Shown: positions 46,755 through 55,531 of the stretch, one piece after another
How the letters are laid out: each line of letters begins with the position of its first letter
Position numbering within the stretch: position 1 is the stretch's first letter
From: an uncultured delta proteobacterium
GTDB taxonomy: Bacteria; Myxococcota_A; UBA9160; SZUA-336
Assembly: GCA_963704165.1 (NCBI GenBank)
Contig: CAVPHD010000004.1
Location: 128,001 to 192,000, forward strand
Direction: 5' to 3'
DNA: 64,000 bases
The notes under the pieces: generated by a model
The model's database searches: none
What the model was told of the DNA's origin: nothing
The model's input: the letters and a program-made list of their open reading frames with translations, nothing else
Position numbers and translations under genes: made by a program

Positions 46755-48239
46755 TCAGTACAGGTTCTGAGTCGCGGATGCCCCGACTTCGGCGGTGAGC
46801 CACTGGTCCGCTCGATCGGCGCGACAGCTGGCCGCGCGGCAGAAGATCGCGTTCATGATCTGCGCCCCGACCTGTGAGCCCGTCGTGTGCCAGCGCGGCG
46901 GCTGCACGACGAGCACCGCAATCGCCACCTTCGGACGGTCGGCGGGCGCGAGTCCGATGAACCATTCGTAGCGACCGGGGGGCGTCTTGCCCGAGAGGCT
47001 GCCCGTCTTCGCGGCGACGCCCATCGCCTTCAGGATCGGACGGCCGTACGAGGCGTGAAACGCTCGGCGCGCGGTGCCGCTCACGGTCGTCGAGATCATC
47101 ATCTTGCGAAGCTGCGTCGCGAGCGCCGGTGACAACACCGGAATCGGGGCGGTGACCTGGGGGAGAGCCAGGGGCTGGCCGTTCGCGTCGGTCACGCGTT
47201 CGATCCAGCGCGCCTTGCGGCGCTTGCCATCGACGAGCGTGGCTGCGATCTCCGCGGCGTGCAGGGCGGTGATCTGCAGGCCCGCGAGACCACTGCCGAG
47301 CTTGCCGAGCGCGTACTTGTCGCCGTGCGGATCGGCGGCCTGTCCGGCCTCGTGCCCGGGGCCCGGCCGCTGGAGCAGGCCGAATCGGCGGATGACGTCG
47401 AGCATCCGTCTCGCGCCGAGATCGTTCACGGCCAGCTGTGCGAAGCACTGGTTGTTCGACATCGCGAGCGCCCGCTCGAGCGTGACTTCCGTCCCGCGCC
47501 TGGGTGCGGCGACCCGCGCAGGCGTCAGGCGGTACGGATTGCCGACGTAGCGGCAGACCCGTTTCGCGACGCCGGGTACGCTCTCGAGGGCCGCCGCGGC
47601 CGTCACGACTTTCACCAGGGAAGCGGCCGGATAGACCTCGCCGGGCGGCAAGCGCTTCGAATCGGTTCCGGCGTAGGCGATGATGTTTCCGGTCGCAGGA
47701 TCGAGCACGACGGCGAGGCCGAGTCCCACGCGACCGCGTTCGAAAATGTCGTAGATCGCGCGCGTCAGCTCCAGGTCGAGCGTGTACTCGACACGGAGCT
47801 TCGAGGCCCCAGCCCCGCGTGCGACCACCTCGCGGACGCGCTCGCCCCGAGACGTGCGCGCGTTCGCGTTGCTGCCCGCAACGAGCCGTGGCAAGTCGGC
47901 TGCACCGATCGTCGGCAGCGGCACGGGCACCCGGGCGAGCACATCCGCGGGCACGCCGCGCGACTTCGCGCGCTCCGCGGTCGGAGCGGGGGCGACCGCT
48001 GGTGATTCCGCCGGCGGGGCTCGCGGGGGCAGGGGAGTGGGCAGCGCGGGCTCGAACGGATCGACGTCGGGTGCGGGTTCCTCCGCCGACTCCGGCCCGA
48101 ACGCGCTCACCTGGGGCATGCCCGCACTCGGATGCGATTCGGCGGAGGCGTCGGTGCCGACTCCGGCCAGCACGGTCCAGACCGCGATCCCCAGACAGCC
48201 GAGGCCGATGGCGATCGTGAGCTGTCCCCGCCGGAGCAT
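46755..48239 (-). CDS. Penicillin-binding protein (transpeptidase domain, N-terminal TM and Pro-rich linker)
   Basis: SxxK (ASLVK), SxN (SNN), KTG and WFIGLAP. Start uncertain. Confidence 0.85.
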   Translation of the reverse strand: MLRRGQLTIAIGLGCLGIAVWTVLAGVGTDASAESHPSAGMPQVSAFGPESAEEPAPDVDPFEPALPTPLPPRAPPAESPAVAPAPTAERAKSRGVPADVLARVPVPLPTIGAADLPRLVAGSNANARTSRGERVREVVARGAGASKLRVEYTLDLELTRAIYDIFERGRVGLGLAVVLDPATGNIIAYAGTDSKRLPPGEVYPAASLVKVVTAAAALESVPGVAKRVCRYVGNPYRLTPARVAAPRRGTEVTLERALAMSNNQCFAQLAVNDLGARRMLDVIRRFGLLQRPGPGHEAGQAADPHGDKYALGKLGSGLAGLQITALHAAEIAATLVDGKRRKARWIERVTDANGQPLALPQVTAPIPVLSPALATQLRKMMISTTVSGTARRAFHASYGRPILKAMGVAAKTGSLSGKTPPGRYEWFIGLAPADRPKVAIAVLVVQPPRWHTTGSQVGAQIMNAIFCRAASCRADRADQWLTAEVGASATQNLY

Positions 48240-48384
48240 CTGCCGCCGCGCGCGGCGCTCTCGTGCTGCGAGCCGCCGAGCGCCACGCAGGTCCCGCGAA
48301 TCTCCTCGCAACGACCATCCCCCCTCGTGCGTTTTAGCTTCGAGGGCGCGCGTGCGCCACGCGGTCGGGTAAGATGCGGCAAGA

Positions 48385-49173
48385 ATGCGCAGTCGGATAC
48401 GTCTCGCCGCGACTCTGGTGCTCCTGCTCCCGCTCTCCGTGGCCGCAGAAGACCCGGTCGGGGAGGTCCGCGACTGCCTGAATCGCAACGTTCCCAAGAA
48501 GTCGAGCGTGCAGATCGTCCACTTCAAAGCGGTCGATCGGATCGGCGGGCAGCGCGAGTTCCGCGCCAAGATGCTCGGTCTCCAGATGGCCGACGGCTCG
48601 CGCCGCGCGAAGCTCTGCATCACGCAGCCTGCCGAGATGCGCGGCTCCGAGATGCTCTCCATGGAGACACCCGACGGCGCCCCCGACAGCTTTCTGTTCA
48701 CTCCCGAGCTCCGGAAGGCCAAGCGGGTCACGGGCGAAGGCATGGGCGGGAGCGTGTTCGGAACCGACTTCACCTACGAGGACCTGCAGCGCTGGCAGCA
48801 GCTGAACCGGCCCGAGAGCCAGGAACGTCTGCCCGACACCGAGATCGACGGCCGACCGGTCTACGTGCTGATGAGCAAGCCCGTCGAGGGGACGGCGTCG
48901 TCGTACAGCAAGGTCGTGAGCTACGTGGACAAGCAGACCTGCGTGGTGATCAAGTCCGAATCGTTCGAGAACGGCGATCGCGTGCGCAAGCTGCTCACCG
49001 CGAATCCCGAGGACATGCTCGAAGACGCCGGAGTCCACGCACCGACGGAGGTCGTGATGAAGGACGTCCGGGACGAGACCCGGACCACGGTCGTCGTCGA
49101 AGATCTCGTGGTCGATGGCAAGATCGACGAGCGCAGCTTCCAGGTGAGCTCACTCGGGCGGCACTGCCGCTAG
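48385..49173 (+). CDS. LolA-like outer-membrane lipoprotein-sorting protein
   Basis: Signal peptide, P.EMRG, LFTPELRKAKRV, FGTDFTYEDL. TAAGAT 9 nt upstream of the ATG. Confidence 0.85.
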   Translation: MRSRIRLAATLVLLLPLSVAAEDPVGEVRDCLNRNVPKKSSVQIVHFKAVDRIGGQREFRAKMLGLQMADGSRRAKLCITQPAEMRGSEMLSMETPDGAPDSFLFTPELRKAKRVTGEGMGGSVFGTDFTYEDLQRWQQLNRPESQERLPDTEIDGRPVYVLMSKPVEGTASSYSKVVSYVDKQTCVVIKSESFENGDRVRKLLTANPEDMLEDAGVHAPTEVVMKDVRDETRTTVVVEDLVVDGKIDERSFQVSSLGRHCR

Positions 49174-49210
49174 TGAGCGCCGCCGTGGGCTCCCTGCCGC
49201 GAGCGAGCAC

Positions 49211-51952
49211 TTGAAGCGGATCTTCCGGTTCGTCGCGCAGTGGCCGTGGCTGACGCTGCTCGCGATCGGAGTGCTGACCGCCGTCGCCGTCCATCCGCTC
49301 GTCGATCTCGAGAAGCGGCGTTTGCGCCCGCTCGACGTCGACATGTCGATGGACGGCTTGCTCCCCGACGACGCCGAGGAACGTCAGTTCTACGACTTCG
49401 CGCGCCGGGCGTTCGGCAGCAACGAGACGATGGTCGTCGCCTTCTCGAGCGACGACCTGTTCACGCACGACTCGCTCCAACGCATCTCGCGCATCACGAC
49501 CGAGATCGAGAAGCTCGACGGTGTCCACCACGCGATCTCGATCGCGAACGCCGCCAACGTCCGCGGCAACGAGGACGGAGTCGACATCCGCGCGTTCGTG
49601 AAGGACATCCCGACCGATCCCGCGGAGCTCGCCGGGCTGCGCCGCGAGGCGCTCGCGAATCCGATCTACGCCGGAAACCTGATCTCGGCCGACGGCCGGA
49701 CCGCGGCGATCGTCGTGCAGTTCCTGAACATCTCCGACCGCGAGTTCATCGCGAAGGGCCTCGACGCGGCCGTGCATCGCATCGCCCACGCGGAAGCGGG
49801 CGAGGCCGAGGTCTGGATCACCGGCGGCCCGCACATCCGGATCGCGCAGGCGAGGTACCTCGAGGCGAACCTCCTGCGCATCGCGCCGCTGATCCTGCTC
49901 GCGCTCGCGGTCGTGCTCGGGATCTCGTTCCGCACGGTGCGCGGTGTGATCCTGCCGCTTCTCAGCGTCTCGGCCGCGGTGCTCTGGACGCTCGGCGCCA
50001 TGGCGTGGCTGGGAAGACCGCTCACGCTGGTCACCTTCTTCGTTCCGGTCATGCTCCTGATCCTCGGCGTCGCCTACTCGGTGCACGTCGTCTCGGAGTT
50101 CTACGACACGCTGCGCGACGACGGGAAGATCAGCTCGCGAGACGCCGTCGAACACACGCTCTCGATCGTCTGGCTGGCGGTGGTCCTGGCCGGGCTCACG
50201 ACGGTCGCGGGGTTCCTCTCGAACGCGGTCTCGCCGATGGCCGCGCTCGTCGAGTTCGGCTGGACGATGGTCGTCGGCGTGCTCGCGACGCTGATCTCCG
50301 CGCTCACGCTCACCCCGGCGCTGCTCGCGGTGCTCGGTCGGCCGCGGCGCATCGCGGCGTCGGCAGACGTCAGCGAGCACGGCCTGTTCTCGCGTCTGAT
50401 CGGCCGGCTCGCCGCCTTCGACCTGCGCAACCGGCGCGCGATCTTCGTCGTCTGGGGCGTGATCGCCGTCGCCTCGTGCGTGCTCGCGACCCGGCTCGTC
50501 GTCGGCAGCGAGGGAATCCGCTCCCTGCCCGCAAGTTCCGAGGAGCGGCTCGACTTCGAGGCCGTGAACACGCATCTCGACGGGGCGAACGGCTTTCAGA
50601 TCGTGGTCGAGGCGAAGGAGAAGACCACCTTCAAGCAGCCCGCGAACCTGCGCGCGCTCGAGTCGCTTCAGGACTGGCTCGACTCCCAGCCCGAGATCGG
50701 CGGCACCCGGGGCCTCGTCGATTTCGTGAAGCTCCTGAATCGCGCGTTCCACGCCGACGATCCGGCGAAGTTCTCGGTGCCCGAGAACCAGCGGCTGGCC
50801 GGACAGCTCCTCTTCCTCGGCGCGAGCGACGAGCTCGAGGGCTACATCGACGCGCGCTACCAGCTGACCAACATCCAGGTTCGGACCACGATCATCGGCA
50901 GCAACGAGGTCGGTGAGCTCGTCGAGCGGATCGAGGCGCACATGGCCCGCCTGCCGCCGAACCTGAAGGGCCGCGTGACCGGAAACCAGGTTCTGATGGC
51001 CGGCGTCGTGGACGACCTGATCCTCGGTCAGCTGCAGAGCATTCTCACCTCGCTCCTGCTGATCTACGGGCTGCTCTGCGTGCTCTTCCTGTCCTGGACG
51101 CGCGGCATCTACGCGCTGGTTCCGAACGTGATTCCGATCGCCGTCTACTTCGGCGCGCTCGGCATCACCGGCATTCCGCTGAACCTGACCACCAGCATCA
51201 TCGCGCCGATGGCGCTCGGCGTCGCGATCGACGACACGATCCACTACTTCCTGCGCTTCAGCGCCGAAGCCAAGCGCCTCGCCGACGAAGAGAAGGGCAC
51301 CGTCGCCGTCCTGCACTCGGTCGGAAAGCCCGCGATCTTCTCCACGCTCTCGCTCGTGGCCGGATTTCTCGTGCTCTGCTTCAGCGACCTGACCTCGTAC
51401 CAGCAGGTCGGCGGGCTCGGCGGCTTCACGCTCGGCTTCGGCCTGCTCGTCGAGGTGACGCTCACGCCCGCGCTGTGCAGCGGGCTCCGCATCGTCACGC
51501 TCTGGGACACGCTGGGGCTCGATCTCGGCGAGGACCCGCAGGAGGCGATTCCCCTGTTCAAGGGGCTTTCGAAGCCGCAGTGCCGGATCGTCGCGCAGAT
51601 GGCGAGCCTGCGGGACATGCCCGAAGGCACGCCGCTCGCTCACATCGGCGACAACGAGCGCGAGATGTACGTGATCGTCGACGGCGTGGTTCGCGTCTGG
51701 AAGCCCGGCGACGGAGGACCGATCGAGCTCAACCGCTGCGGCCGCGGCGAGGTCGTCGGCGAGGTCGGGCTCTTCCACGGCGAGCGGAGCGCGAACATGG
51801 ACGTGGCATCGAAGGCGAGGCTCCTGCGTTTCACCCCGAATACGCTGCGGCGCCTGTCGCGACAGCGGCCGCGGATCGCCGCGGTGCTGCTGCGAAACCT
51901 GAACGAGATCCTCGCGCAGCGGCTCTCGAGGTCCACCGACCGCCTGCGCTAG
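49211..51952 (+). CDS. MMPL/RND-family lipid exporter with a C-terminal cyclic-nucleotide-binding domain
   Basis: Two MMPL halves (LTTVAGFLS; GVAIDDTIH...GFLVL). C-terminal MYVIVDG...GEVVGEVGL...RSA. Confidence 0.87.
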   Translation: MKRIFRFVAQWPWLTLLAIGVLTAVAVHPLVDLEKRRLRPLDVDMSMDGLLPDDAEERQFYDFARRAFGSNETMVVAFSSDDLFTHDSLQRISRITTEIEKLDGVHHAISIANAANVRGNEDGVDIRAFVKDIPTDPAELAGLRREALANPIYAGNLISADGRTAAIVVQFLNISDREFIAKGLDAAVHRIAHAEAGEAEVWITGGPHIRIAQARYLEANLLRIAPLILLALAVVLGISFRTVRGVILPLLSVSAAVLWTLGAMAWLGRPLTLVTFFVPVMLLILGVAYSVHVVSEFYDTLRDDGKISSRDAVEHTLSIVWLAVVLAGLTTVAGFLSNAVSPMAALVEFGWTMVVGVLATLISALTLTPALLAVLGRPRRIAASADVSEHGLFSRLIGRLAAFDLRNRRAIFVVWGVIAVASCVLATRLVVGSEGIRSLPASSEERLDFEAVNTHLDGANGFQIVVEAKEKTTFKQPANLRALESLQDWLDSQPEIGGTRGLVDFVKLLNRAFHADDPAKFSVPENQRLAGQLLFLGASDELEGYIDARYQLTNIQVRTTIIGSNEVGELVERIEAHMARLPPNLKGRVTGNQVLMAGVVDDLILGQLQSILTSLLLIYGLLCVLFLSWTRGIYALVPNVIPIAVYFGALGITGIPLNLTTSIIAPMALGVAIDDTIHYFLRFSAEAKRLADEEKGTVAVLHSVGKPAIFSTLSLVAGFLVLCFSDLTSYQQVGGLGGFTLGFGLLVEVTLTPALCSGLRIVTLWDTLGLDLGEDPQEAIPLFKGLSKPQCRIVAQMASLRDMPEGTPLAHIGDNEREMYVIVDGVVRVWKPGDGGPIELNRCGRGEVVGEVGLFHGERSANMDVASKARLLRFTPNTLRRLSRQRPRIAAVLLRNLNEILAQRLSRSTDRLR

Positions 51953-53353
51953 TGGATTCCGCTGCCTCCGGACAGCGCCTTCACGATGTCGCCGATCGCC
52001 ACCTTCGCGTCGCCGAAGAGCATCATCGTGTTGTCGGCGGTGTAGAGCTCGTTGTCGATGCCGGCGAAACCCGGGTTCATCGAGCGCTTGATCGCGATCA
52101 CGCTGCGGGCCTTGTCGACGTCGAGGATCGGCATGCCGTAGATCGGGCTCGTCTTGTCGTGCCGCGCGGCCGGGTTGACGACGTCGTTGGCGCCGACGAC
52201 GAGCACGACGTCGGTCTGCGCGAAGTCGGGGTTGATGTCGTCCATCTCGGCGAGCTCGTCGTAGGGGATCTCGGCCTCGGCGAGCAGCACGTTCATGTGG
52301 CCGGGCATGCGGCCCGCGACCGGGTGGATCGCGAACTTCACGGAGATCCCGCGCTTGGTCAGCTGGTCGCGGAGCTCGCGCACGCGGTGCTGCGCCTGCG
52401 CGACCGCCATGCCGTAGCCCGGCACGATCACGACCTGGTTCGAGGCTTCGAGAAGGTCCGCCGCGTCCTGCGCGCTGCCGCTCTTCACCGCCTTCTGCTC
52501 GCCCGCGGCGGCGATCGTCGCCACCTGGCCGAACGCACCGAACAGCACGTTGGTGAACGACCGGTTCATCGCCCTGCACATGATCATCGAGAGGATGAAG
52601 CCCGACGATCCGTCGAGCGCGCCCGCGATGATCAGCAGGTTGTTCTCGAGCACGAAGCCCATCGCCACGGCGGCGAGGCCGGCGTACGAGTTCAGCAGCG
52701 AGATCACGGTCGGCATGTCCGCGCCGCCGATCGGGATGATCAGGAGCACGCCGAACAGGAGCGACAGCCCGATGATCAGCGGGAAGAGCTGCCACTGCGT
52801 CGGGTCGACCACCAGCCACACACCGGCCGCGATGGCGATCGCGAGCAACGCCAGGTTGATCAAGTTCTGGTTGCGATAGGTGATCGGCCGGGTCGGGATC
52901 ACCTCCTGGAGCTTGCCCGCCGCCATCAGGCTCCCGGTCAGGGTGACGAAGCCGAGGATCACCTCGATCGAGATCGCGACCATCCGGAACGTGGTGAGCT
53001 CGCCCGACTCGAGCCAGAGGCTGTACTTGGCCGTGCCGACGAGCCCGGCGGCGAGGCCGCCGAACGCGTGCGAGAGCGCGGTCCGCTGCGGCACGGCCGT
53101 CAGCGCGACGCGCGAGAGCGGGACGCCGATGATGGTTCCGATCACCACCGCGACCGCGATCCACTCGAAGTGGTGCACGATGCGGGTGCAGGAGCGTGCC
53201 GAGCACCGCGAGCGACATGCCGAGCACGCCCGCGAGTACGCCGCGCCGGGCGGTCTCGGGGCGCGCGAGCCAGCGCAGCGAGAAGATGAAGAGGCCCGAC
53301 GCCACCAGGTAGCTGCCCTGCATCAGATCCCAGACGTACGCTTCGGGGATCAC
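51949..53353 (-). CDS. pntB: NAD(P) transhydrogenase beta subunit, frameshifted near 53182
   Basis: PIGGADMPTVISLLNSY, VPGYGMAVAQAQ, HPVAGRMPGHMNVLLAEA. The N-terminal 57 aa lie in another frame. Confidence 0.93.
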
Positions 53354-53646
53354 TTCGAGGGCTCCCGCTTCTTGAACATCTGCAGCATGCGGTCGGTGAT
53401 CAGGAAGCCGGAGACGATGTTGGCGACCGATGCGGCCACCGCGACGGTGCCGAGCACGGTCGCGAAGGTCGTCTTCTGCTCGCCCGCGATGATCATCGAG
53501 CCGACCACCGCGATCGCCGAGATCGCGTTGGTGAGCGACATCAGCGGCGTGTGGAGCAGCCGCGAGACGTTCCGGATCACGTCGAAGCCGATGAACGTCG
53601 CCAGCATGAAGACGAATGCCATCGTCCAGAAATCGACTTGCTGCAC
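53350..53646 (-). CDS. pntA: NAD(P) transhydrogenase alpha subunit, membrane part (PntA2)
   Basis: LLHTPLMSLTNAIS and N..SGFLITDRML.MF. GTG start with SD GAGGAGG. Confidence 0.9.
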   Translation of the reverse strand: MQQVDFWTMAFVFMLATFIGFDVIRNVSRLLHTPLMSLTNAISAIAVVGSMIIAGEQKTTFATVLGTVAVAASVANIVSGFLITDRMLQMFKKREPSK

Positions 53647-53692
53647 CTGCCGGGCCTCCTCGTCTTGGTCCTCGGGCGGGAATCCAGTAGCG

Positions 53693-54688
53693 CTATCCGT
53701 CCCCGAAAACGAACTTCGAAACGATCGCACAAACCCCGCCGATCAGTCCCGCCGCGGGGAGGGTCAGGATCCAGGCGATGAAGATGTCCCGGGTCAGCCC
53801 CCAGCGGACCGCCGATATCTTCTGCGTCGCGCCAACGCCCATGATCGAGGTCGAGATCACGTGGGTCGTCGAGACGGGGAAGCCGAAGTGTGCCGTGCCC
53901 ATCAGCACCGCCGAAGCCGCCGTCTCGGCTGCGAATCCGTGCACGGGGGTGAGCTTGACGAGCCGCATGCCGAGCGTGCGGATGATGCGTTTCCCGCCCG
54001 AGTAGGTCCCCAACCCGATCACGACGGCGGACGAGAGCTTCACCCAGAGCGGCACGTCCGCAGTCGGGATCGCGCCCCCGGCGAAGAGCGCCAGCGTGAT
54101 CACGCCCATGGTCTTCTGCGCGTCGTTCGAGCCGTGACTGAAGGCCATGAACGAGGCCGAGACGAGCTGGGCGACGCGAAAGCGGCGCGCGAGCACGCCG
54201 GGGTGCATGTGTCCGAAGACCCAGAGCAGGATCACCATCAGGACGATGCCGACCGAGAAGCCGATCACCGGCGCGAGCACGGTCGGGATCAGCACCTTGT
54301 CGACGATTCCGCCCCACTTCACGTACTCCGAGCCGCTGGTCGCGATCACGGCGCCCGCCACGCCACCGACCAGGCAGTGGGACGAGCTCGACGGCAGCGC
54401 CCACCACCACGTCAAGAGGTTCCAGGCGATTGCGCCGACGAGGCCGCCGAGCATCACCGGGCCCGTCACCGCGCTCGATTCGACGATGCCCTTGGCGAGC
54501 GTCGCGGCGACGTTGGTCGAAACCAGCGCGCCGACCACGTTCAGCACCGCGGCGCCGAAGAGGGCGACGTTGGGAGGCAGCGCTCGCGTCGAGATCGACG
54601 TCGCGACGGCGTTCGCGGCGTCGTGGAAGCCGTTCGTGAAGTCGAAGACGAGCGCGATCACGACGACCGCGACGAGGATCCACTCCAT
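53693..54688 (-). CDS. PiT-family inorganic phosphate transporter
   Basis: NGFHDAANAVAT, PSSSSH, HGSNDAQKTMG, PVSTTH. Confidence 0.93.
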   Translation of the reverse strand: MEWILVAVVVIALVFDFTNGFHDAANAVATSISTRALPPNVALFGAAVLNVVGALVSTNVAATLAKGIVESSAVTGPVMLGGLVGAIAWNLLTWWWALPSSSSHCLVGGVAGAVIATSGSEYVKWGGIVDKVLIPTVLAPVIGFSVGIVLMVILLWVFGHMHPGVLARRFRVAQLVSASFMAFSHGSNDAQKTMGVITLALFAGGAIPTADVPLWVKLSSAVVIGLGTYSGGKRIIRTLGMRLVKLTPVHGFAAETAASAVLMGTAHFGFPVSTTHVISTSIMGVGATQKISAVRWGLTRDIFIAWILTLPAAGLIGGVCAIVSKFVFGDG

Positions 54689-55314
54689 CAGCTGTTCTCT
54701 AGAACCACGCCTTCGACGACGTTCGCGACATCCTCGCAGCGGTCGATCGCGCCCTCGACGTCCTCGTAGATCTCTTTCCACTTGATCAGCGCGCGCGCGT
54801 CGAGCTCTTCCTTGAAGAGCCGCGCCGTCGCCCGGCGCAGGACGCGATCGTTCTCCTTCTCGACCGTCTTCACGCTGACGCAGAGCGCGCGCATCTTCTC
54901 GGGCGCCACTCCGCCGGCGAGTCCGTCCACGGCGGTCTTCATCGCTTCGGTCGCGCGCACCACGTTCTCGGACATCTCGAGCATTTCGGGCGTGGGGTGC
55001 TGGATCTCGTACAGCCAGATGCGCTGCGCCGTCGCCTCGATGTGATCCATGATGTCGTCGATCCGGCTCGAGAGCTGATGGATGTCCGAGCGGTCGATCG
55101 GCGTGATGAACGAGGAGTGCAGCATCTCCATCGTCTCCTGGCAGATGCTGTCGGCCTGGTGCTCGACCGCGTGGATGCGTCGATAGCCGGCCTCCGCCTG
55201 GCTCGGGTCGCGAAGCAGATCGCGGAGCAACCCGGCTCCCTCGACGCAGAGCGCAGCGTGCTTCGAGAACAGTCCGAAGAACTCCGTCTTCTTGGGCAGA
55301 ATCCTGGAGAGCAT
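54688..55314 (-). CDS. DUF47 (PhoU-like) phosphate-transport regulator
   Basis: EHQAD, FITPIDRSDI, EKEND, IKWKEIY...DRCEDVA. Abuts the PiT gene. Confidence 0.92.
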   Translation of the reverse strand: MLSRILPKKTEFFGLFSKHAALCVEGAGLLRDLLRDPSQAEAGYRRIHAVEHQADSICQETMEMLHSSFITPIDRSDIHQLSSRIDDIMDHIEATAQRIWLYEIQHPTPEMLEMSENVVRATEAMKTAVDGLAGGVAPEKMRALCVSVKTVEKENDRVLRRATARLFKEELDARALIKWKEIYEDVEGAIDRCEDVANVVEGVVLENS

Positions 55315-55531
55315 CGATCCCCCGATCGTGGCTGGCGCAAGCGGTGTACCACAACTCGGTGATCCGCGTGGGTTTCGCGCGGGCTCGACGCCCGGAGGCG
55401 GATTCCTCGACGCGACACGGGTCGGGCAGCTCACTTTCCGCAACGAAAGGGCTGGTCTGGACTACGCAGTCCGGTGTAAGATCGCCAGAGCCGGGCGGTG
55501 CGCGCGGCGCCGCTCGGACGGAAGGGCGGCC

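Noticed and set aside
53170..53195. pntB frameshift as programmed recoding or pseudogene
   Set aside because: A single slip without a slippery sequence in an otherwise intact gene, matching the error pattern seen in nosZ.
55315..55531. Hairpins in the DUF47/metalloprotease intergenic region as a riboswitch
   Set aside because: Short GC-rich stems only, with no aptamer consensus I recognise; expected by chance at this GC content.
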